In this document: piece by piece, positions 1 through 11,919 of the stretch | Layout: every line of letters starts with the position of its first letter | Position numbering within the stretch: position 1 is the first letter of the stretch | NCBI GenBank assembly: GCA_020137815.1 | Contig: CM035356.1 | Coordinates: 6,386,001 to 6,450,000, forward strand | DNA length: 64,000 nt | DNA from: Hormiphora californensis | Lineage: Eukaryota; Animalia; Ctenophora | Direction: 5' to 3' | Made by a program: the position numbers and the translations under genes | The notes under the pieces: generated by a model | Told to the model about the DNA's origin: nothing | What the model saw: only the letters and a program-made list of their open reading frames with translations | Databases searched by the model: none

Positions 1-180
1 GTCGTTGTGACGTCACGTGTGACGTCACGACGTCAAAATGACGTCGAATTTTGAAAATTTCGTCAAATCAGTTTCCTACAACCCAGGTACAATTGAATTA
101 CATTTAAACACTTTAGTTGACAAATAGCTTAGTTGTTTAAGGTCATAAATGACCTCAAACGACCAAAAAAGAGTACAAAT

Positions 181-392
181 TTAGAGCAAAAACTAATTGA
201 AATTAGTTCGCCAGAAAGGTGGCCCATTTTGAACATACTCCTTCTTTTCCGTCACCTTTGAGTTGAAGGCGGAAAAGTTTACGGATACCTCAATGTCTTT
301 GAAGTCTCAACTCAAAGGTGACGGAAATGAAGGAGTAAGTTCAAAATGGGCCACCTTTCTGGCGAACTAATTTCAATTAGTTTTTGCTCTAA
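181..392. mobile_element. Palindromic MITE with ~85-bp terminal inverted repeats
   Basis: TTAGAGCAAAAACTAATTGAAATTAGTTCGCCAGAAAGGTGGCCCATTTTGAAC... at 181 is mirrored by ...GTTCAAAATGGGCCACCTTTCTGGCGAACTAATTTCAATTAGTTTTTGCTCTAA ending at 392; short non-coding spacer. Confidence 0.8.
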
Positions 393-510
393 TTATAGTG
401 ATACATGATAGTTAGAAACATCTTATTCATTCATAGACATGATTTAAACACACCATACATCAATTTTACGAACAACGATAATAGAGTTCATCCAGTGAGT
501 TAGGATGTCC

Positions 511-619
511 CAGGAACCGACCGAATCTGGAAATACTGGTCCCTGATTGGCTGATAATCAGTCACGTGACCTAAATAACGAGTTCTGATTGGTTGTTTAC
601 TTGTTTCGGTCGGTTCCTG
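511..619. mobile_element. hAT-like MITE (CAGGAACCGACCG TIR), copy 1, overlapping the 3' end of the MATH-BTB ORF
   Basis: TIRs CAGGAACCGACCGAA / TTCGGTCGGTTCCTG; flanking direct repeat GATGTCC (504-510, 620-626); near-identical to the copy at 7306. Confidence 0.9.
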
Positions 620-2328
620 GATGTCCCCTTCTTTTCTTCATCCTCATCCTCCCATAGTTTCCTCCTAGCTCCAGAGAAGGGTCTCTTGTTAGAACAGGGC
701 CAATTTGAGTTCACTATCTTGCTCCAATGATTCCTTGCCATAGTTGCCAGTGTCCCATCATTTGGTATCACGACATTAACTTTGAATTTTCTATCACTCT
801 CTTCCTTTAAAGCTGTCATCAATTTACAGCTAGTTTCTGCATCGGTGTTCAACTCAACAGCCTCAGCTAGCAAGGATAGGGTATCCGCATCACATAGATT
901 GAAGTTGAAGTTTTCAAGCCAGTATTTAAGAAATGGGACAGAGTATAGGAGAGATTGTTGCACGAACTGGTCCACAATATCGAATTCCACTGCCATCACC
1001 ATAACGAGATCCATGTGAGATCGTTTTGTTGTTTCCACTAGTATCCGAGAGATCCTGAACATAAACTTTACTTTATTTTCCGGGACACAAGAAATGAGAT
1101 AGTCCAACAACCGTCTGTCTGAGTATCTCACTGCCGAGTCCAGGGCGAGAATAGCGTAGTTCCAATAGGCACCAAAATCAAGAGCTATTTTAGGGAGATT
1201 CCTCTTGTAGAACTCTAAACACCCATCCTTTGCCCAATCTACTTTGAATACAGCAACCATTTTGACAAAGTCGCTGAAAACTTTAAATTCGGTGGTATCC
1301 AATAGCATTTCTAAGGTCCCTGTGTAACACGCATCTGCAAAGATTCTAACGGATTTGGAATCAAAGTCTGACACATCATGCTCTAGTTCCCCCTCCGTCT
1401 CAATAATAGTTGAAAGAACTGGAGAATTTGTTGATAGAACAAGAGAGTTTAGGAACATTTCAGTTCCGTCTTGTAGGGAAAAGATGGCGTTTCCATGAGT
1501 AGGAAGGCATAACTTCTCTCTTCCGAAGTCGAATCTTTCTGAAACCTTTTCCTTGCATGAAAATGGTTTATCATGTATTAAAAAAGTAACCACTGAGTTT
1601 TTGTCAAATCCCGTATCAAACACAATCTTCTGTCCTAAGTTTCCTGTTTTTGTTACGATAGAATCTGGTCCGCGTACAGTAATTATAACCGCTCCACTTT
1701 GAAGATTTGAGTCAAGTTGACCATTCAAATTGTGCTTCGTTACCGTAAAGTTAAACGTCAGAGCTTCACATTTATATTGAGCCACCGTGACCCAAGTCGA
1801 GTTATTGGCTTGGTGGCTGCTGGTCATGATATTTTCATCTGAAGATAGAAAATCATCCATCATTCGATCAAAAATCACCATATTAGATCTAGCTTTAGTA
1901 ACAGTGGATGGTCCAATGTAGCTGTCCATTATCGTGACACTTGCTTCAATCGTAAAGTGTTCAACTTTAGCTAGGTCTTCCAACAAATTGTAATCGTCTC
2001 GTCCCGCTGCTAGATTATTGGGCTTGGCGTTTGAAAACTTGCATTTGTGATTAGTGGTTCTGTTCACTCCATCGGTAACGTTGGTCAAGGTAAAAGATGT
2101 TACGCACATCCACTCCTTTGTTGATTGCATAGGTCTACAGCAAAGGTATACGCCTAAGTGGACACCACTTTCTTGCAAGTAAAGATCCCAAGAAAATCCT
2201 TTGAAGATGTGGGGTTCACTGTACGAAGGTGAAGAAAACTCAAAGTTCCGTTGGAATTTTGTAGTAGCTGCCATGATGTAACCAGTAGAGCTAGATTCTA
2301 GAGGAAAGCACGAATTTGAAACAATCAT
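571..2328 (-). CDS. Intronless MATH-domain + BTB/POZ-domain protein (Cullin-3 adaptor-like)
   Basis: 585-aa ORF. MATH-like N-terminus (FSWDLYL...LGVYLCC...EWMCVTSFTL...FTIEASVTI). BTB-like segment (FSLQDGTEMFLNSLVLSTNSPVLSTII...DVSDFDSKSVRIFADACYTG). Pyrimidine-rich CAG acceptor at 2350 just upstream of the ATG. Confidence 0.75.
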   Translation of the reverse strand: MIVSNSCFPLESSSTGYIMAATTKFQRNFEFSSPSYSEPHIFKGFSWDLYLQESGVHLGVYLCCRPMQSTKEWMCVTSFTLTNVTDGVNRTTNHKCKFSNAKPNNLAAGRDDYNLLEDLAKVEHFTIEASVTIMDSYIGPSTVTKARSNMVIFDRMMDDFLSSDENIMTSSHQANNSTWVTVAQYKCEALTFNFTVTKHNLNGQLDSNLQSGAVIITVRGPDSIVTKTGNLGQKIVFDTGFDKNSVVTFLIHDKPFSCKEKVSERFDFGREKLCLPTHGNAIFSLQDGTEMFLNSLVLSTNSPVLSTIIETEGELEHDVSDFDSKSVRIFADACYTGTLEMLLDTTEFKVFSDFVKMVAVFKVDWAKDGCLEFYKRNLPKIALDFGAYWNYAILALDSAVRYSDRRLLDYLISCVPENKVKFMFRISRILVETTKRSHMDLVMVMAVEFDIVDQFVQQSLLYSVPFLKYWLENFNFNLCDADTLSLLAEAVELNTDAETSCKLMTALKEESDRKFKVNVVIPNDGTLATMARNHWSKIVNSNWPCSNKRPFSGARRKLWEDEDEEKKGTSRNRPKQVNNQSELVI

Positions 2329-4046
2329 TTTCGCTTTTAAGTTTTAAATCTGGACAGGGAAAAAACAAAACACACTCAAAACATAACAGGTGCTTTTTAT
2401 TGAATCTGAACAGACGCAACATGACGCTTATTATCTCTGCTTTATCTCACGTCACATGAAACCTTTATAACAACCCCAAAAAACGAGTTTCATTATATCA
2501 TGCAAAACAATTGTCTCACAAAAGAAGTTCATCTCAGCACCGGGCCAAAGGCTGCGTAAGGGCTCATTTACAAAATTGGATCCTGATATCAGGGTCCTGA
2601 TGGCTCCTGCCCACCCCCTATACTAACAATTGACGCGACGCAACTCTCGACACATGTAAAATGAGCTGTGCAACCGCTTCACGTGGTTTAGCGTCGAGAG
2701 TCGACTGTTATGCCTGATGGCAGATTCCAGTTTGTAACTGGGGCGTAACTGTGTTCGTAGCAACAGCAAAGACAGTCGCCTTGTATGACAAAAAACACGA
2801 AAAACACATTATTGCAGTACTGGTCCCGGTATACCCTTTTCCGCACTTCGTACTTGGGTACAGTGTCCCCTCTCTTCTTGGGAAGGAGAGAGGGAGTCGC
2901 TCACTCGCCCCCATCCCGAACTAAACGTAAGAAAGAGGGGATATCATACCCAAACTTCGTACTGCCTCCGGCTCGCCGTTTATGTGAAAAATTGCAATAT
3001 GATGCCAAAGAAAATACCTCAAAGCAAACTCTAGGCTTCATAATCGTGAATCTTGGGAAATGAGTTCAGGGGCATCTTACCTTCTAATATGTTTCTGAAT
3101 GACAACTACGGAGGAAGCCTGTTGTTTTTCCCGGTCCCGTTTCTCCCTCTCTAACCGGGATCTGTTCACCAGAGCATCCCGGGAATCAGCACTGACCTGA
3201 GGGAGGTTTTATGAAACAGAGATTGTAGTAGGGGGGTATACTTGGAGGCGAAAGAACACGCAGAGGGTTTCGGGAATTGGCCTAAGGAATTTTCATTAGC
3301 TTTAGGTATCTTGTCAACTTTTCATGGCCTTATAATGACTAAAGCACTATGGAAGTGTTAATCAAATTGTCAAATTTCTCCACATATGACATACACATAC
3401 CGAATGCCGATACATACTGGACCTAGCATTATGTTACCTTGGTAGTAAACATGTTCTTCACACCACTGCCTGGTGTAGGATGCTGGCGTGTTGTTCACAT
3501 CCCCCTTCACACATAATCCCCTCCTGAGTTATACATAGATCCTACACAAGAAAGGGGGAGGGGGTATATTAGATCAAACATGGAGGGAGGGGGAGGGAGG
3601 TGTATTGAACTTATAAAGAGAGGGTGTATGTGTGTGGCTCTAGGTTATAGCGTACCAAACTCTGCCGTACGACAGAACTGTGTTGCAACCTGTCATAAAG
3701 TCTGTGGTCTGTATGAAAGACATAGAGAGGGTATAATGTATATGATAAAGTGGAAACAGGGAAAACAACTTGAATTATAATTGGAAAGCAAAAAAGGGGA
3801 TGAGTTTCAAATATATATATTCCAACACAATATTATATTATTGTATATAACGGGGTCACGTTAATCAAGAGAATATATATATATATATCCCCTAATTAAA
3901 CATAAGAACAGATCTCTGTAACAGATCTTAGGAAAGGGGGGTCACGGTATTATATCCTCTCCAAACCACTCAAAAACACTACAAATTGGTGGTTTCAATA
4001 ATTTACAAATTAAAGTTCTTCCAAATTAACCATAGTTTCGTTGTTT

Positions 4047-4160
4047 GTTACCATAGCAACTGTTGTTAGGTAGTTACCATGGTTACCATAGCAACTGTTG
4101 TTAGGTAGTTACCCTGGTTACCATAGCAACTGTTGTTAGGTAGTTACCATAGCAACTGTT
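4047..4160. repeat. ~35-bp tandem repeat in the SDHA 3' UTR with four GTTACCATAGCAAC (X-box-like) motifs
   Basis: Motif at 4047, 4082, 4117 and 4143. Confidence 0.8.
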
Positions 4161-4174
4161 CTCGTTAGCATTGT

Positions 4175-7100
4175 TTAGTAAGCCCTGATAACGGGTGGGA
4201 CGGTCTTGCACTCCTCCTCATCAAGTGTAATGTCAATAACAGGACGGTAATCGAGAGTCGTTTCACCGGTAGCAGCGTTCTGGTAGGACAGGGTGTGTTT
4301 CCTCCAGTGTTCCTCCAAGGGCTTCTCGACCTGGCCTTCAAGTGGCACCTTGTAGTCGAACTCGTCGATCCTGTAGAGAGGAGAGAGAGTTAGATAGAGA
4401 AAGTAAGAGAGTTAGATAGAGTTAGTTATAGGAGGTAAGAGAGTTAGAGAGGGGGAGAGAGTTACATAGAGAAAGTAAGAGAGTTAGATAGAGAAAGTAA
4501 GAGAGTTAGATAGAGAAAGTTAGAGTTAGATAGGAGGTTACATAATATGAATAGAACGGTGCCCCAACGGTACGGATAGTAGGAGTGTAGGAAGTAATAA
4601 ATTGGGGATAACACTTAACAGTCAAATTAAACACCAGCTAAATTATACATGACTGTAATAGCGATGCGGCCCGGTTCGTAGAGGGCAGTATTTTGTGAGA
4701 CACTACCTATATTTTGAGTCGCCTGACACTGCGCTCCAATACATTACCTGTCAGGGTAGTCCTCACGAGCGTGGGCTCCACGACTCTCCTTCCTTGCACA
4801 GGCACTCTCGATAGTCTGGCAGGCATTCAGAGCAATATTCTGGAGCTCTAGTGTCTCAATTAGGTTCGTGTTCCAGATAAGACCAGTGTCATTGAGGTGA
4901 AGGTGATCCATCTTCTTGTAGACCTCCCTGGAAAAGTGAAACAATTGTGTTAGGGTCTGGGCGAGCACGTTGTGTTTGAGAGAGGGAGAGAGAATAAGAG
5001 TGACTATCAAGACAGCCATATTAAACATAGAAGAAGAATTGTCAACTAAAGAGAACTGATCATATCATGGACTGTCTTCACACTCCTATCAAGACGGTAA
5101 TCCCGTACCTAATTTTCTCGACTCCCTCCTCCAAAACCTCGCCAGTTCGGAAAACAGCCGCATAGTTCTGCATGGTTTTCTGGATCTCCATACGGACTGC
5201 AGCAGTCGTCTCAGTTCCCTGGGCGTGTCGCAGACCGTCAATGTTGGAAATTGATGCCTCGCCTGCGGGGAATTGTTGTGTGAAAACTGTTTGATTTTCA
5301 AACTAAAATAGAGATGTGAAACGGAGTAGTGAGAAAATAAAACAAGACTCTTATATAGAACATTTGAATATAATCACCTGCACTGTCCTTCAGCTCAGCC
5401 TGTGCAGCTCCTGGAGTATAATCCTCTTTGATGGTATGAGCACACGCCCGTCCAAAGGCAACCAAATCTAGGAGAGAGTTAGCTCCCAGCCTGTTGGCCC
5501 CATGCACACTGGCACACGCAGCCTCGCCCGCAGCGAGCAATCCTGGAATAACCTTGTCTTTACCAGTGGCGTGGTCGAAGGTGATCACCTGAGAGGAAAT
5601 AGGTGGTTATTATATTCGGAAAATGTGATTATTATTCGGAAAATGTGAATCGGTACGATGTACGTGATATGGGAGTGTGCGCGGTGTTGCGAGGTCACGT
5701 GACAATTGCTGTCACTGAATGCTTTCCATATGTGCGCGTCACCGCGCCATCCTCCCTCCTTCCCCCGCATCTTACCTCTCCTCTCCAGTTGGTAGGGGTG
5801 CCTCCCATGTTGTAATGGACGGTAGGTAATACGGGAATAGGTTCTCGTGTGACATCTACTCCGGCAAAGATCATGGCAGTCTCGGAAATTCCAGGGAGTC
5901 GCAGGGCAAGCTGTTCCGAAGGCAAGTGAGAAAGCTGGGAGGAACGTTCGTTACTAATTTTGGATTCTGGAACGAAGCCAAAAATCGTCACACACACGTA
6001 CACACACGTCACACACACTAATAAAACAATTTGATTTTTCTAACCTGTAGATGAATATGGTCTCCCTCAGGTCCACAGCCTCGTCCCTCTCTTATCTCAA
6101 TTGTCATGGCCCTACTGACGACGTCTCGAGAAGCCAAATCCTTTGCATTAGGTGCATATCTTTCCATGAATCTCTCTCCATTTTTGTTGGTCAAGAAACC
6201 GCCCTCCCCTCGGCATCCCTCTGTAATGAGACATCCTGCTCCGTAGATGCCTGGAGAGGGAGGGATTGAGGAGATATTAGAGCGAGGGGTGAGGCTGTTA
6301 GGTATACATTTGAGTTGTTCATTTAGACCACCCTTCAAGTAATCGAAATCCAGCTAAAGAAGAAGAAAAGTCCAGCAAAAAGAGCGTTCAAAATTCACCG
6401 ACCCCAAGGGGATTATAATTGTGGCCGGGGGATCATCCCTAAGACTCACCGGTTGGGTTCAAATCAATACTAACCAGTTGGGTTCAAATCAATACTCACC
6501 AGTTGGGTTGGTGACGCGGTCACCCCTCCACTAGGGCCGCGCGAAGCTCGTGTCATCACCAACCAGTTGGGTTCAAATCAATACTAACCAGTTGGGTTCA
6601 AATCAATACTAACCAGTTGGGTTCAAATCAATACTCACCAGTTGGGTTCAAATCAATACTCACCAGTTGGGTTCAAATCAATACTAACCAGTTGGGTTCA
6701 AATCAATACTAACCAGTTGGGTTCAAATCAACATTAATACTAACCAGTTGGGTTCAAATCAACATCAATACTCACCAGTTGGGTGAAACTGCACAAACTC
6801 CATGTCCTGGTTGGGTAGGCCAGCTCGTGTTACCATAGCAGTACCATCCCCAGTACACGTGTGAGCACTGGTACATGAGAAATAGGCCCTTCCGTAACCT
6901 CCACTTGCTAGGACCGTGTTTTGAGATCTGAATCTGTGGATACTACCGTCTTCCATACACATTGCAACCACACCTGGGGAGAGTGTATACAGGTTAGAGC
7001 AAGAGAGGGAAAAGAAGTGCTGGGTTCTAAAAACTCATATATTTTCCCTCTCTTGCTCTAAAATGTATCTATAAAGTTGTGAGCAAGAGAGGGAAAAGAT

Positions 7101-10100
7101 ATGTTTTTTTCGGACCTTTTAGATGCTATTTTTATACCTAAACTTTAGTCATAAATATAGCGTCAAAAAGCATTGCCTGCTGCTTATATTATTATGCCCT
7201 CACGACAATTGTATTACTTAACAACAGGGTGACTCTATTGTTTGTGTACACAGATCAGTACACACATTATCACTGTCAGTATACACTTCGGTGAAATACA
7301 ATATGCAGGAACCGACCGAATCAGGAAATACTGGTCCCTGATTGGCTGATAACCAGTCACGTGACCTAAATAACGAGTTCTGATTGGTTGTTTACTTGTG
7401 TCGGTCGGTTCCTGACAATATGGCTGTGTGACTTCACGCAGACATATAATTGTACATTTACACAATGTTTCCCTCTCTCTGTCATGTATGTTGCATGTCT
7501 ACTTATTACCAGTGTGTGGGTGTGTTAAAATTGAACCGAACTGTGTTGTGTGTTCACTGTTCATTAGGAACAGTGTAAATTGTCACACTCTTTTTTCTCT
7601 CACATTTCACTAAAAACTCACCCTTGCATTCTCACATTTCATTAAAAACTCACCCTTGCATTTCACTAAAAACTCACCCTTGCATTCTTACATTTCACTA
7701 AAAACTCACCCTTGCATTTCACTAAAAACTCACCCTTGCAATTCACTAAAAACTCACCCTTGCATTCTTACAATTCACTAAAAACTCACCCTTGCATTTC
7801 ACTAAAAACTCACCCTTGCATTTCACTAAAAACTCACCCTTGCATTTCACTAGAAACTCACCCTTGCATTTCACTAAAAACTCACCCTTGCATTCTTACA
7901 TTTCACTAAAAACTCACCCTTGCAATTCACTAAAAACTCACCCTTGCATTCTTACAATTCACTAAAAACTCACCCTTGCATTTCACTAAAAACTCACCCT
8001 TGCATTTCACTAAAAACTCACCCTTGCATTTCACTAAAAACTCACCCTTGCATTTCACTAAAAACTCACCCTTGCATTTCACTAAAAACTCACCCTTGCA
8101 TTTCACTAAAAACTCACCCTTGCATTCTCACATTTCACTAAAAACTCACCCTTGCATTCTCATATTTCACTAAAAACTCACCCTTGCATTCTCACAATTC
8201 ACTAAAAAACTCACCCTTGCATTCTCACAATTCACTAAAAACTCACCCTTGCATTCTCATATTTCACTAAAAACTCACCCTTGCATTTCACTAAAAACTC
8301 ACCCTTGCAATCTCACATTTCACTAAAAACTGACCCTTGCATTCTCACATTTCACTAAAAAACTCACCCTTGCATTTCACTAGAAACTCACCCTTGCATT
8401 TCACTAAAAACTCACCCTTGCATTCTTACATTTCACTAAAAACTCACCCTTGCAATTCACTAAAAACTCACCCTTGCATTCTTACAATTCACTAAAAACT
8501 CACCCTTGCATTTCACTAAAAACTCACCCTTGCATTTCACTAAAAACTCACCCTTGCATTTCACTAAAAACTCACCCTTGCATTTCACTAAAAACTCACC
8601 CTTGCATTTCACTAAAAACTCACCCTTGCATTTCACTAAAAACTCACCCTTGCATTCTCACATTTCACTAAAAACTCACCCTTGCATTCTCATATTTCAC
8701 TAAAAAACTCACCCTTGCATTCTCACAATTCACTAAAAACTCACCCTTGCATTCTCATATTTCACTAAAAAACTCACCCTTGCATTTCACTAAAACCTCA
8801 CCATTGCATTCTTACAATTCACTAAAAACTCACCCTTGCATTTCACTAAAAACTCACCCTTGCATTCTCACATTTCACTAAAAACTCACCCTTACATTTC
8901 ACTAAAAACTCACCCTTGTATTCTTAAATTTCACTAAAAACTCACCCTTGCATTCTCTCATTTCACTAAAAACTCACCCTTGCATTCTCACATTTCACTA
9001 AAAACTCACCCTTGCATTCTCACAATTCACTAAAAACTCACCCTTGCATTCTCATATTTCACTAAAAACTCACCCTTGCATTCTTACATTTCACTAAAAA
9101 ACTCACTCTTGCATTCTCATATTTCACTAAAAACTCACCCTTGCATTCTCAAATTTCACTAAAAACTCACCCTTGCATTCTTACATTTCACTAAAAACTC
9201 ACCCTTGCATTCTTACATTTCACTAAAAAACTCACCCTTGCATTCTCACATTTCACTAAAAAACTCACCCTTGCATTTCACTAAAACCTCACCATTGCAT
9301 TCTTACAATTCACTAAAAACTCACCCTTGCATTCTTACATTTCACTAAAAACTCACCCTTGCATTCTCACATTTCACTAAAAAACTCACCCTTGCATTTC
9401 ACTAAAAAACTCACCCTTGCATTCTCACCTTTCACTAAAAACTCACCCTTGCACTCTTGCATTTCACTAAAAACTCACCCTTGCATTTTACTAAAAACTC
9501 ACCCTTGCAATCCACTAAAAACTCACCCTTACATTCTTACATTTCACTAAAAACTCACCCTTGCATTTCACTAAAAACTCACCCTTGCATTCGCCGTCCT
9601 CCATGATAAGGTCCAGTGCGAAATACTCGATAAAGTAGCTACAGTTGTAGGCGAGAGATCGGCCGTATAGTGTGTGGAGAAGGGAGTGACCTGTCCTGTC
9701 CGCAACGCAACAACACCTATCGAGAGTGGATAATTTTAAATTAATCACTATCAAACATTAGGGGGTATGTATAAACCCGGATAACCCGGATAACCCGGAT
9801 AGTCCGGATAATTGATGTTTTAGAGATATATCTGGATAACCAAGCTCGGATATGGGACTCCGGATAACTCGGATACTGAAATCCGGATAACTTGGATAAC
9901 TCGGATAAGGGTCCGAATAACTCGGATAAATGTCCGGATAACTCGGATAAGGGTCCGGATAACTCGGATAAGGGTCCGGATAACTCGGATAAGGATCCGG
10001 ATAACTCGGATAAATGTCCGGATAATTGATGTTTTAGAGATATCCGGATAACCAAGCTCGGATATGGGACTCCGGATAACTCGGATACTGAAATCCGGAT

Positions 10101-11919
10101 AACTTGGATAACTCGGATAAGGGTCCGGATAACTCGGATAAATGTCCGGATAACTCGGATAAGGGTCCGGATAACTCGGATAAGGGTCCGGATAACTCGG
10201 ATAAATGTCCGGATAACTCGGATAAGGGTCCGAATAACTCGGATAAATGTCCGGATAACTCGGATAAATGTCCGGATAACTCGGATAAGGGTCCGGATAA
10301 CTCGGATAAATGTCCGGATAACTCGGATAAGGGTCCGGATAACTCGGATAAATGTCCGGATAACTCGGATAAATGTCCGGATAACTCGGATAAGGGTCCG
10401 GATAACTCGGATAAATGTCCGGATAACTCGGATAAGGGTCCGGATAACTCGGATAAATGTCCGGATAACTCGGATAAATGTCCGGATAACTCGGATAAGG
10501 GTCCGGATAACTCGGATAAATGTCCGGATAACTCGGATAAGGGTCCGGATATCTCTAAAACATCAATTATCCGGAATATCCGGGTTATCCGGGTTTATAC
10601 ATACCCCCTAGTGTTCCTTTTTTAGGGGCCACCCTGTAACTTACCTGTGAGCCTGGCCACCCTTCCCGTAGTTATAACTCTGTCCACCGAATGCTCTTTG
10701 GTAAATAAGTCCCTCGTCAGTCCGACTGAATGGCATGCCATAGTTTTCCAACTCGATAACTGCCTTGGGCGCTTCTCTGGAGAATGGAGTATGGGCGTTG
10801 GAAAATATTGAATAGTATCAGTTTCATATTCTAACCCAGGAGGAGCCCTCTAACCCTTCTAAGTATTGAGAGAGAGATAGCGAGACTTTGGAGTGAGATT
10901 CAAGTAATGCAAATAATTTGTATTTTATAACACACCTGCACATGTAGTGAATGGCATCTTGATCGCCCAACCAATCGCTACCCTTCACTGTATCGTAATG
11001 GTGCCACCTCCAATCATCAGTCTCCATGTTACCCAGAGCAGCGTTGATACCACCTGAGGGGTGGGGAACAATTAGGGAACAATTAGGGAACAGTTATGGA
11101 ACAATTAGGGAACAATTAGGGAACAGCTAGGGAACTATTAGGGACCAAGGGGGTTAAATCTGATGAGCTTTATAGAAGTAGAAAATGAAAAAAATTTCAC
11201 CTCACTAGGCTGTCACAAGGATCTTCAGATAAAACACACTAGACCTACCTTGAGCAGCGACGGTGTGTGATCGTGTGGGGAAGAGTTTGCTAATTACAGC
11301 TGTTTTGAAACCCGCCTCGGCACATCCGAATGCTGCCCGTAACCCGGCACCACCGGCACCAACTACCACTGTGTCATAGGTGTGATCTACCACGGTGTAG
11401 TTGCCGTGCATCTGGTCTGTAGGGGTGGATGAGGAGGGGTTAGAGAGGTGGGGATGGGGTTAGAGGGTGGAGGGGGTGGTTTTAGGGGGTCAGCGGGATG
11501 GAGGAGGGGAGTTATAATAGTCTTGAGGGGGGGCAACCAAGCGAAAACATCACACGTTCTCTCACACAAGCAGAAATCGGGCGTGAGAGAGAGAGAGAGG
11601 GATACCCATGCAAACCCAACGAAAACATGTCCTCTCATCTCTCATTAATCAAATGTGTTCTAAACCATGGTGACATCCTAAAAATACTTTAATCCTCCTG
11701 ATCCTTCCCTCTCTCAATCTTTGAGATTGAGAGGAGGATGGAGAGAGCTGAAGGGAGAGAGCGAGAGAATGTGTGAGTGAGAGAGAGAGAACGTGTGAGT
11801 GAGAGAGAGAACTAACCAGGTCTTGAAGAGTTGGCCGCTGATCCGACAGGGCAAATGTGAAGGGATCTGGCAGCAAGCCTCTTGGCGGCTGAAACAGCTG
11901 AGCTACTTCGGGTTATCAT
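4175..11919 (-). CDS. SDHA: Succinate dehydrogenase flavoprotein subunit, mitochondrial (12 coding exons)
   Basis: Exons 11817-11919, 11249-11416, 10936-11053, 10645-10776, 9583-9716, 6776-6973, 6045-6250, 5776-5934, 5378-5588, 5109-5262, 4748-4927, 4175-4370; all GT-AG and phase-consistent. Motifs [103 protein letters not shown]; Arg/Ser/Ala-rich transit peptide. Confidence 0.98.
4380..4545 (-). repeat. Degenerate ~22-bp repeat of the branch-point region (CTAACTCTCT...) in the last SDHA intron
   Basis: Repeated GAGAGTTAGATAGAGAAAGTAA on +, directly upstream (minus strand) of the acceptor at 4371. Confidence 0.7.
6444..6785 (-). repeat. 25-bp tandem array of the SDHA exon6/intron6 donor junction
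   Basis: Minus-strand unit TGAACCCAACTG|GT(G/T)AGTATTGATT; true junction CACCCAACTG|GTGAGTATTGAT at 6776/6775; ~11 copies, interrupted by a ~50-bp insert at ~6510-6560. Confidence 0.9.
7306..7414. mobile_element. hAT-like MITE (CAGGAACCGACCG TIR), copy 2
   Basis: Same TIRs as the 511 copy; perfect 8-bp target-site duplication ACAATATG (7298-7305, 7415-7422). Confidence 0.92.
7601..9591 (-). repeat. 24/32-bp tandem array of the SDHA exon5/intron5 donor junction (~70 copies)
   Basis: Minus-strand unit CAAGG|GTGAGTTTTTAGTGAAATG with an optional extra 8 nt (TGAGAATG/TAAGAATG); true junction GAATGCAAGG|GTGAGT at 9583/9582. Confidence 0.95.
9759..10610. mobile_element. Non-autonomous TIR element with internal 21-bp GGATAA-based tandem repeats (SDHA intron 4)
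   Basis: TAGGGGGTATGTATAAACCCGGATAACCCGG...CCGGGTTATCCGGGTTTATACATACCCCCTA; internal CCGGATAACTCGGATAA(GGGT/ATGT) array; no clear TSD. Confidence 0.8.

Noticed and set aside
2520-3800. Short ORFs between MATH-BTB and SDHA
   Set aside because: No recognisable motifs or consistent splice structure
7712-9550. HFTKNSPL / LKTHPCIS repeat ORFs
   Set aside because: Translations of the donor array on the non-coding strand
10104-10625. (PDNSDKG/C)n 173-aa ORF
   Set aside because: Interior of a TIR element within an SDHA intron
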